Of a stretch of 64,000 bases of DNA, positions 56,774 through 64,000 are shown in pieces. The first letter of the stretch is position 1. Each line of letters begins with the position of its first letter. Source of the DNA: Candidatus Woesearchaeota archaeon (lineage in GTDB: Archaea; Nanobdellota; Nanobdellia; Woesearchaeales; JAGLXL01). The stretch spans positions 68,029 to 132,028 of the forward strand of contig DAOWKC010000002.1 in assembly GCA_030640025.1 (NCBI GenBank), read 5' to 3'. The translations under genes and the position numbers were made by a program. The notes below the pieces were generated by a model that saw only the letters and a list, made by a program, of their open reading frames with translations, searched no databases and had not been told where the DNA came from.

Positions 56774-59700
56774 ATGGAAGCAAGCCCTGAGATGGATAAA
56801 TATTTTGAAGGAATAGAGAAAGAAACCTTAAGAGTTCACGAGGTCGCTGAAAAAGCCAGAAAAATAAATTTAGACCCAGAGGATAAGGTTGATATTCCCC
56901 TGGCCAAAAATATGGCAGAAAGAGTCGAGGGTTTGATTTCTTCTGTAGCTCCTAAATTAAGGGGTTCAGGCATGACCCAACGAATCAGAGAGTTAGAAGA
57001 AGAATTTGGTTTGTTGGATTGGAGAGTTGGTTTGAAAATTGCCGAGGAAGTTGCCAAGGAAAAGTTTTGTCAATTTGAGAATAAAGTAGAAGCAATGGAG
57101 GTGGGCATCAGAGTAGGTTTTGCTTATTTGACTTTGGGAATTGTTTCTGCGCCATTAGAAGGTTTTGTGGGTTTGAAGATTAAAAAAAGACAAGATGGTG
57201 GGGAATATTTTTCAGTTAGTTATGCAGGCCCGGTTAGGGGAGCTGGCGGAACAGCAGCAGCAACTTCAGTAATCTTATCTGATTATGTCAGGAGAGTAAT
57301 GGGCTATCAGCTTTATGATCCAAGTGAAGAAGAAGTTAATCGTTATGTAACTGAGATAAGGGATTATCATGAGAGGGTAACTAATCTACAATATTATCCT
57401 TCTGAAGAAGAATTGAGATTTTTAGCTAACCATATTCCAGTAGAAATTAACGGTGACCCAACTGAAAAATTTGAAGTTTCAAATTACAAAGATTTGCCTC
57501 GGGTGGAGACAAACAGAATTAGGGGAGGACTTTGTTTAGTCATGGCAGAAGGAGTAGCTCAGAAAGCACCTAAACTTTGGAAGAGATTAGGTAAGTGGGG
57601 GGATGAATTGGGTTTAGATTGGGGTTTTTTAAAAGAATTTTTAGATTTACAGAAGAGTGTTAAGGCCAGGAAGGAGAAAAAAATTGAAGGAAAAGGAATC
57701 CGGCCAAATTACACTTTTATTGCGGATTTGGTGGCAGGGAGGCCGATATTGACACATCCTTTGCGTCATGGTGGTTTTAGACTGAGATATGGAAGAGCCA
57801 GGGTTTCTGGTTTTTCAGCAACTTGTTTGCATCCAATGACTTTGTTTGTTTTGAATAAATATATTGCAATTGGAACCCAATTAAAGGTAGAGAGGCCGGG
57901 CAAGGCAACAGTTATTACTATCTGTGATTCAATTGAAGGGCCAATTGTGAAATTAAAAAATGGCTCTGTTTTGCGGTTAGCCGGGTTGGTGGAGTCAAAG
58001 GACATTTTAGAACAAATTGAAGAAATTATTTATTTGGGTGATATTTTGATTTCTTATGGTGATTTTTCTGAAAATGGCCATAAATTAGTGCCAGCTGGTT
58101 ATTGCGAGGAATGGTGGATTCAAGAGCTGGAAAAAGCAATGGTGGAAACTTTTGGCAGTATTGATATAGAGAAATTATCAGAGATGGTAGGTGTTGAGAA
58201 AGAGGAATTGGAGAAAATATGGGATGATTCGATGTTGCGGCCTAAATGGGGGGTGGCTTTGAAGATTTCAAAGGAAATGAAGGTTCCTTTATATCCTGGC
58301 TACACTTATTTTTGGCAGGCAGTTAATTTAGAGGAATTTAAAGAATTTTTAAATTGGATAATCAATGCAGAGGTAGAGAAGGGAGATGAGGGGGTGGTAA
58401 AGTTAATCTTGCCTTTGAAAGATTCTTCTTCGGCTAAGAGAGTTCTGGAGTTAATTGGAGTAGCTCATGTGGTGGCTGGCAATGAATATGTGGTAGTGGA
58501 GAAAGGAGAGGCTCAGGCTCTTTATAGTATTTTAGGATTAAATGATGTTGATGTGATTAAGGAAAAAGTAGAAGGCAGCAGCGATGTTTTAGAGGCAGTC
58601 AATAACTTGTCTGGATTAGTGGTGAGAGACAAAGGCGGGACTTTTATTGGAGCAAGGATGGGGAGGCCTGAGAAAAGCAAGATGAGAAAATTAGTGGGTA
58701 GCCCTCAAGTTTTGTTTCCAGTGGGCCAGGAGGGGGATCGGCTGCGGTCTTTTCAATCTGCTTTAGAGGCAGGCAAAATCAGAGCCGACTTTCCTTTGTT
58801 TTTTTGTGAAAAGTGCCAGAAAAAGACTATTTATCCTTCTTGTGAAATTTGCAATGGAAAAAATAAAGAGGTTTATTTTTGCAGAGTTTGCGGTGAAACC
58901 GACAAAAAAGAGTGTAAGCACGGCGAAGATAAGGAATTTAAGAAAAATGAGAGATTCAAAAAAGATGATTTAGATATCAAATATTATTTTGATAAGGCCT
59001 TGGCGAAGCTGGAGATGAGGACTTATCCTGATTTGATTAAAGGTGTCAGAGGAACATCCAATAAAGACCATGTCATTGAAAATTTAGTTAAAGGGATTTT
59101 AAGAGCCAAACATGATATTTATGTCAACAAAGACGGGACAACCAGGTATGACATGACAGAGCTGCCGTTGACTCATTTTAAACCAGTTGAGATAGGAACT
59201 TCAGTTGAAAAGTTGAAGGAACTGGGTTATGAAAAAGATATCAAGGGGAGGGAATTGGTTGATGGAGAACAGGTAGTGGAAATTAAACCCCAAGATATTA
59301 TTTTGCCCGGAGTAACTTCTTTAGATGAATCGGCTAAGAAGGTTTTGTTTAGAGTAAGTAAATTTATTGATGATTTATTAGAAGGATTATATGGTTTAGA
59401 GCCCTTTTATAATTTGGAGAGGGAGGATGATTTAGTGGGTCATGTGGTAGTAGGGTTGGCACCACATATTTCGGCTGGTTTGATGGGAAGGATAATTGGA
59501 TTTTCTTCTGCTCAAGGTTGTTATGCCCATCCTCTTTGGCATGCTGGTTTACGCCGGGATTGTGATGGCGATGAAAATTGTGTAATCTTGTTGCTAGATT
59601 GTTTTTTGAATTTTTCCAGACAGTTTTTGCCAGATATGAGGGGTTCAAGGACAATGGACAGTCCTTTGGTTTTGACGTCCCGTTTGATTCCTTCTGAAGT

Positions 59701-60310
59701 TGATGACCAAGCCCATGGTTTGGATATTGTTTGGAGTTATCCTTTGGAATTGTATGAAGGGGCTTTGGAATTCAAGAATCCTTGGGATATTTCAGTTGAG
59801 CAGATTAAGAATCGACTGGGAGATGAGAAGCAATATGAGAAAATGGGTTTTACTCATCAAACTACTAATATCAACTCAGGTGTGGTTTGTTCTGCTTATA
59901 AAACAATCCCAACCATGGAAGACAAATTAAAAGGGCAAATGGAATTAGCTCGGCGAATTCGGGCAGTGGAAACAAATGATGTGGCTCGTTTGGTGATTGA
60001 AAAACATTTTTTAAAAGATATTAAAGGGAATTTACGTAAGTTTAGTATGCAGCAATTTAGATGTGTGAAATGTAATGAGAAATTCAGGAGGCCGCCATTA
60101 TCAGGGGTTTGTAGGTGTGGGGGAAAGATTTTGTTTACAATTTCAGAAGGCTCGATTGTGAAATATTTAGAGCCGAGTTTGTCGTTGGCGCGTCAATTTG
60201 AAGTGGGACCTTATTTGCGGCAGACTCTGGATTTGTTGAAATCCAGGATTGAAGGTTTGTTTGGCAAGGATAAGGAAAGGCAAGAGACGATGGGTGCTTG
60301 GTTTGGTTGA
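56774..60310 (+). CDS. polC: DNA polymerase II (PolD) large subunit DP2
   Basis: 1178 aa. Cys clusters (CEKCQKK...CEIC...CRVCG and CVKCNEKFRRPPLSGVCRCGG) plus double-psi beta-barrel catalytic region. No intein. Confidence 0.9.
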   Translation: MEASPEMDKYFEGIEKETLRVHEVAEKARKINLDPEDKVDIPLAKNMAERVEGLISSVAPKLRGSGMTQRIRELEEEFGLLDWRVGLKIAEEVAKEKFCQFENKVEAMEVGIRVGFAYLTLGIVSAPLEGFVGLKIKKRQDGGEYFSVSYAGPVRGAGGTAAATSVILSDYVRRVMGYQLYDPSEEEVNRYVTEIRDYHERVTNLQYYPSEEELRFLANHIPVEINGDPTEKFEVSNYKDLPRVETNRIRGGLCLVMAEGVAQKAPKLWKRLGKWGDELGLDWGFLKEFLDLQKSVKARKEKKIEGKGIRPNYTFIADLVAGRPILTHPLRHGGFRLRYGRARVSGFSATCLHPMTLFVLNKYIAIGTQLKVERPGKATVITICDSIEGPIVKLKNGSVLRLAGLVESKDILEQIEEIIYLGDILISYGDFSENGHKLVPAGYCEEWWIQELEKAMVETFGSIDIEKLSEMVGVEKEELEKIWDDSMLRPKWGVALKISKEMKVPLYPGYTYFWQAVNLEEFKEFLNWIINAEVEKGDEGVVKLILPLKDSSSAKRVLELIGVAHVVAGNEYVVVEKGEAQALYSILGLNDVDVIKEKVEGSSDVLEAVNNLSGLVVRDKGGTFIGARMGRPEKSKMRKLVGSPQVLFPVGQEGDRLRSFQSALEAGKIRADFPLFFCEKCQKKTIYPSCEICNGKNKEVYFCRVCGETDKKECKHGEDKEFKKNERFKKDDLDIKYYFDKALAKLEMRTYPDLIKGVRGTSNKDHVIENLVKGILRAKHDIYVNKDGTTRYDMTELPLTHFKPVEIGTSVEKLKELGYEKDIKGRELVDGEQVVEIKPQDIILPGVTSLDESAKKVLFRVSKFIDDLLEGLYGLEPFYNLEREDDLVGHVVVGLAPHISAGLMGRIIGFSSAQGCYAHPLWHAGLRRDCDGDENCVILLLDCFLNFSRQFLPDMRGSRTMDSPLVLTSRLIPSEVDDQAHGLDIVWSYPLELYEGALEFKNPWDISVEQIKNRLGDEKQYEKMGFTHQTTNINSGVVCSAYKTIPTMEDKLKGQMELARRIRAVETNDVARLVIEKHFLKDIKGNLRKFSMQQFRCVKCNEKFRRPPLSGVCRCGGKILFTISEGSIVKYLEPSLSLARQFEVGPYLRQTLDLLKSRIEGLFGKDKERQETMGAWFG

Positions 60311-60616
60311 TTATTCTCCTCTAACTAAAAGAATTTGAGCATGAGGAATGTTTTGGATTCTGATGATGTGTTTTTCTTCAGCAAGGTTAAGTTTTTTCAT
60401 GAGTTTGAGGCTCTGTTCACCAACGAGGTTGATGATGTAAACACCTTTGATTAATTTTTTGATTTCCTGTTCGGTGGCTTCTTCTCCTTGGTAGAAATCA
60501 GTGGTTAAGTCGAGTTGTTTGTTGCCTTCTTCAAATTTTTTTCCGAGAAGTTCTTGGTCACAAAGAGCAAGTATTTTTTGGCCTTCTGAATTTCGATGAA
60601 CTTTGGCAAGAATCAT
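60311..60616 (-). CDS. DUF424-family protein
   Basis: MILAKVHRNSEGQKILALCDQELLGKKFEEGNKQLDL pattern. Commonly adjacent to aIF2-beta in archaea. Confidence 0.5.
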   Translation of the reverse strand: MILAKVHRNSEGQKILALCDQELLGKKFEEGNKQLDLTTDFYQGEEATEQEIKKLIKGVYIINLVGEQSLKLMKKLNLAEEKHIIRIQNIPHAQILLVRGE

Positions 60617-60617
60617 T

Positions 60618-61025
60618 TTAAATGTTTTTGATAATATGTTCTGCTCCGCAAGCCTGACATTTGAGATACTGAGCATCTTTTTTGGAAATGATTTTAGTAT
60701 CTGGTTTGCCGCATTCATGGCAGAGAACAAATTCAGAAGCATATTGCTTGATTTTTTTATTGATTAAAGAAGCAGGAACTTTAGTGCCGAGAATAAGGCG
60801 GTCGCCAACATATTTACCCGGAGTGGCCAGTTCTCTGAGAATATATTTGAGCATATGTTCAGGATCACGGTTAAGATTTTTAGCAATTTTTTTGAAATTT
60901 CCTAAAATAGTTTTATTGCCTTCGATATGGCCTTTGATTTTTTCTATTTGAAACCTTTCTGAACTGCCGACTGTTTCAGGCAGCTCAGATTGAGCCTTTT
61001 TCAAGAGTTGTTTGTAATCCTTCAT
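60618..61025 (-). CDS. eif2b: translation initiation factor aIF2 beta subunit
   Basis: Zinc ribbon CHECGKPDTKII...CQACGA and eIF2beta core. Confidence 0.85.
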   Translation of the reverse strand: MKDYKQLLKKAQSELPETVGSSERFQIEKIKGHIEGNKTILGNFKKIAKNLNRDPEHMLKYILRELATPGKYVGDRLILGTKVPASLINKKIKQYASEFVLCHECGKPDTKIISKKDAQYLKCQACGAEHIIKNI

Positions 61026-61120
61026 ATTAGTGTTTGAGAAAGCGGTTATTTAAAAAGATTTCTTATTTTTAGGTTAAAATTTCCGTAACTTTTATAAAAA
61101 TATGAAGAATAATTTAACTT

Positions 61121-61969
61121 ATGGTTTTAGAATCTTTACTTAATCCTTTTAAAGCAAAAAAGAAGCCGTGGGAGACATTTGTCGCAGGAGCCCTTTATGC
61201 CACGATTGCTTTGTTTTTGTCATTTTGGGTTTTTCAAGAGTATTCCAGCTTAATTATGGTTTTTTTGATTACTCTAGCTTGTGTGCCTTTTCTTTATTTT
61301 ACTATAAAAACAGAAGAAGAATTGGGAGCCACAACAATAAGCAATGTAAGGTTATTGCGGGAACACGGCAAGGTTTTTTTGTTTTTGATTTTGTTGTTCT
61401 TAGGTTTTTCTTTGACATTAACTTTTTGGTATGTTTTTTTACCTGAAAAAATGGTGGCGATTTTGTTTTCTTCTCAATCACAAACAATTGTTAATATTAA
61501 TAACCAGATTTCTGGAAATCTAGCTAATTTTGATGTGTTTCTTAAGATTTTATTGAACAATGTGAGAGTTTTGATCTTTTGTATTTTATTTGCTTTTTTA
61601 TACGGGGTAGGAGCAATTTTTATCTTAACTTGGAATGCTTCAGTAATAGCAGCAGCTATGGGAAATTTTATTAGAAAAAACTTGGCTCATTATGCAACCA
61701 GCGCCGGTTTTGGAAAAGTAGCCGGTTATTTCCATATTTTTTCGATTGGTTTATTGAGATATTCTTTACATGGTATACCTGAGATACTGGCTTATTTTGT
61801 AGGCGGCCTGGCTGGGGGGATTATATCAGTGGCAGTGATCAAAAAAGATTTTTTAGGTGAGAAAAGAGAGCGAATTATTTTTGATTCTTCTGAATTAATT
61901 TTAATTGCCTTGGGGATATTATTTGTGGCAGCATTACTGGAAGTTTATGTAACTCCTTTTTTATTCTGA
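61121..61969 (+). CDS. SpoIIM/DUF95-family membrane protein
   Basis: 6-TM protein with the DUF95-like HGIPEILAYFVGGLAGG motif. Confidence 0.5.
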   Translation: MVLESLLNPFKAKKKPWETFVAGALYATIALFLSFWVFQEYSSLIMVFLITLACVPFLYFTIKTEEELGATTISNVRLLREHGKVFLFLILLFLGFSLTLTFWYVFLPEKMVAILFSSQSQTIVNINNQISGNLANFDVFLKILLNNVRVLIFCILFAFLYGVGAIFILTWNASVIAAAMGNFIRKNLAHYATSAGFGKVAGYFHIFSIGLLRYSLHGIPEILAYFVGGLAGGIISVAVIKKDFLGEKRERIIFDSSELILIALGILFVAALLEVYVTPFLF

Positions 61970-62059
61970 GAAAAGAATACTTTTATTTTGAGGTTTGGGT
62001 ATTCTTTTCTGGACGACCTACTCCTAATTAGATACCCTAACATTTATGTTGGGAGTAGG

Positions 62060-62731
62060 TCATTTTAGAATTTTAATTTTGCCGGGAGTGATTTCAAAGA
62101 TTTCTCCTTCTTTGAGAAGGCTTTCAACTAATTCTTCACAGTTAGGAAGAGTAGATTGTTTAATTAAGTCATCAACATTAACACCCTCGCCTTGATCTAG
62201 TTTTTTGATTAAGTTAAGAAGATTTTCATAAGGGGCGAGAGGGGTTTCTTCTGGAGAAGTCTTTGACTTCTCTAGACCCTCATCACTTTCGCTCTGAGGT
62301 TCAATTTTTTCCTCTGTGACTTTTGCTTGTTGGGGTTGGGATTTTTGGAATTCTATTTTTCTGACCTGAATCCACTTGGGGTTTTTTATTTTTTTAATAA
62401 TTTCTGGCATGAGATATTTTTCTTGATTGAATTCTCTGATTTTGGCGATGACGAGGATAATATCGCCGATTTCAGGCAGCGGGGTTTTGAGAGGTTCAAA
62501 GATTCTAGCAGTAATCTGGCCAGTGCCATCATCTAAGAGAAGGTTGGTGGATTGTTCTTGAGTTTGGCTGATGAGAGTGGCAATGAGATTAACTCTGGAA
62601 ACTTTTTGATTATTTTGCGTGAGAAGATAATTAGGATTCCAGCCTTCTTGTTGGTGATAAGTACCTTGAAGAATATCCTTAATTTGAATTTTATGAGCTA
62701 TTTGACGTTTTTGGGATTCTTGGTTTTCCAT
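62060..62731 (-). CDS. RPA-like OB-fold ssDNA-binding protein with C-terminal winged helix (RPA32-like)
   Basis: OB-fold pattern VSRVNLIATLISQ...LLLDDGTGQITARIFE. Acidic linker. C-terminal wH-like NLLNLIKKLDQGEGVNVDDLIK. Confidence 0.5.
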   Translation of the reverse strand: MENQESQKRQIAHKIQIKDILQGTYHQQEGWNPNYLLTQNNQKVSRVNLIATLISQTQEQSTNLLLDDGTGQITARIFEPLKTPLPEIGDIILVIAKIREFNQEKYLMPEIIKKIKNPKWIQVRKIEFQKSQPQQAKVTEEKIEPQSESDEGLEKSKTSPEETPLAPYENLLNLIKKLDQGEGVNVDDLIKQSTLPNCEELVESLLKEGEIFEITPGKIKILK

Positions 62732-62847
62732 AGAATTTTGAGGGATTTAGTGATTTATATAATTTTATGTGGTGGGGGATAATTAATGATGTTAAGGCTA
62801 ATAATAAAAAGAATAATATAGAAACCGTCCCGAAAGAGGAAGAGTGC

Positions 62848-64000
62848 TCAAATCTTTTGGACGAATGATCTCCGTGGCTCGAATAAATCACCCGACCTTT
62901 TCAGTTTTTCGATTGTTTCTTCTACTTCATCTTCTTGCAATCCTTGTTCACGAGCAGCCTCGACAATATCATTGATAGGGATGGTTTTACCAATTCTGTT
63001 TTCCAAGTCGCTGATGATTTCCTTGACAACCCCAATTTTATTCCTTTGTTTAGCACTAATACCTGAGCCGATTAAGTCAATGTCAATCTGGCCGGTTTCC
63101 TGATCTTTGGCAACCTGGCCAAGACAGAATTCGAGGAGTTCGATAGCTCGGCGGGCATCTTTTCGAGTGACTTTATCTGAGAACCTGAGTTTAGCTGAGC
63201 CTTCAGAGAGCCTGGTGAGGGCTTCTAATTGACGAGCAGTAATGGGAATAGTGCGGACGCCTTCTTCTTGTTCGCCGCGATTACGCATTTCAACATAATA
63301 GTCTTTAATTTCGTTGAAGGCTTGATCAGTGATTTTGGGCTGAATTTTTTGGCGGGCATAAGCAATATATTTTCTTAATAATTGAGTTGGGATTTCACCT
63401 TCTCCCTGATCTGGTTTTTGGTGAAGACCAAGAATGTGTTTAGCCAGGGCCTCATCTCTTGTTCGATCAGGTAAATCTTTGATTGCGAAAATTAAATCAA
63501 AACGATTGATTAAAGTAACGGGGAGTTCAATTTGTTTGACAAGATTATCATAAAGGTCAAAACGCCCAAATTTAGGATTAGCAGCTGCTAAGACGGTTGT
63601 TTCTGCTCTGAGAGTAGCCTGGATGTTGGCTTTGGAAATAGATACAGATTGCTGCTCTAAGGCTTCGTGCATGGCACCGCTGTCTTCTTTAGACATTTTA
63701 TCTAATTCGTCGATCATAACAAAACCTTTGTTAGCAAGAACAAGAGCGCCTGCTTCTAAAGACCAACCACCAAGAAATTCATCACGGACAACTGCAGCAG
63801 TAAGGCCGGCTCCAGAAACGCCTTTGCCAGTAACATAACGGGCTTTAGGTGCGACTAGAACTGCTCTTTTAAGTAACTGTGATTTACCAGATCCCGGATC
63901 ACCAATCAAAAGAATGTGCATGTCTCCTCTACTGACTACACCATCTGGTCGCTGTTTACGTACGCCTCCGGCAAGCTGAAGAAGGAGCGCTTCTTTGATT
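62848..64000 (-). CDS. mcm: MCM replicative helicase, 3' portion (gene continues beyond window end)
   Basis: Walker A ILLIGDPGSGKSQLLK, Walker B/sensor IDELDKM, arginine finger SRFDLIF, C-terminal wH. The frame stays open upstream of the Met at 63921 (KEALLLQLAGG). Confidence 0.9.
   Translation of the reverse strand, partial: IKEALLLQLAGGVRKQRPDGVVSRGDMHILLIGDPGSGKSQLLKRAVLVAPKARYVTGKGVSGAGLTAAVVRDEFLGGWSLEAGALVLANKGFVMIDELDKMSKEDSGAMHEALEQQSVSISKANIQATLRAETTVLAAANPKFGRFDLYDNLVKQIELPVTLINRFDLIFAIKDLPDRTRDEALAKHILGLHQKPDQGEGEIPTQLLRKYIAYARQKIQPKITDQAFNEIKDYYVEMRNRGEQEEGVRTIPITARQLEALTRLSEGSAKLRFSDKVTRKDARRAIELLEFCLGQVAKDQETGQIDIDLIGSGISAKQRNKIGVVKEIISDLENRIGKTIPINDIVEAAREQGLQEDEVEETIEKLKRSGDLFEPRRSFVQKI

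Noticed and set aside
56774-60310. Possible intein in PolD large subunit
   Set aside because: Length (1178 aa) is normal for DP2, and no Cys/Ser...His-Asn-Cys/Ser/Thr intein boundaries or LAGLIDADG blocks were seen.
1-64000. CRISPR arrays, IS transposases, integrases
   Set aside because: No regularly spaced direct repeats and no transposase or integrase-like ORFs were found on either strand. The only mobile-type element supported is the rfcS intein.

Overview
This is an AT-rich (roughly 35-38% GC by eye), gene-dense archaeal chromosome segment. It is dominated by core information-processing genes. From 10.1 to 24.0 kb it carries the large ribosomal-protein cluster in the conserved archaeal order L3-L4-L23-L2-S19-L22-S3-L29-SUI1-Rpp29-S17-L14-L24-S4e-L5-S14-S8-L6-L32e-L19e-L18-S5-L30-L15-SecY, followed by a DUF106/YidC-like insertase, L34e and L14e. 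Elsewhere it encodes gyrase A (5' partial), PheRS alpha/beta, TyrRS, acetyl-CoA synthetase, Pelota, an RFC small subunit interrupted by a 636-aa LAGLIDADG intein, tRNA-splicing endonuclease, FEN-1, Trm5, PAN, RNase Z, Hjc, TFE and aIF2-beta. It also contains a predicted replication origin (AT-rich DUE flanked by ORB-like boxes) immediately upstream of orc1/cdc6, PolD small and PolD large, with an RPA-like gene and a 3'-partial MCM downstream. RNA genes: an RNase P RNA (GAGGAAAGTCC motif) and a tRNA-His(GUG) that appears to carry two introns, one of them non-canonical. The window may also hold a C/D-box sRNA. The accessory-looking parts are a small island at 3.7-5.3 kb (DUF4145-like protein, an HTH protein and small ORFs) and a five-gene surface cluster at 33.7-39.8 kb: a class-III-signal-peptide (type IV pilin-like) protein, a 5-TM membrane protein and three tandem paralogous lipobox lipoproteins, behind a promoter with two perfect palindromes. 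A striking sequence-level observation is that short palindromic nucleotide modules recur at near identity inside the K/E-rich C-terminal extensions of L22, S3 and L15 and in the L23-L2 spacer. No CRISPR array or obvious transposase was seen. The lineage looks like a small-genome, possibly DPANN-like archaeon; this is inferred from gene content and r-protein tails only.
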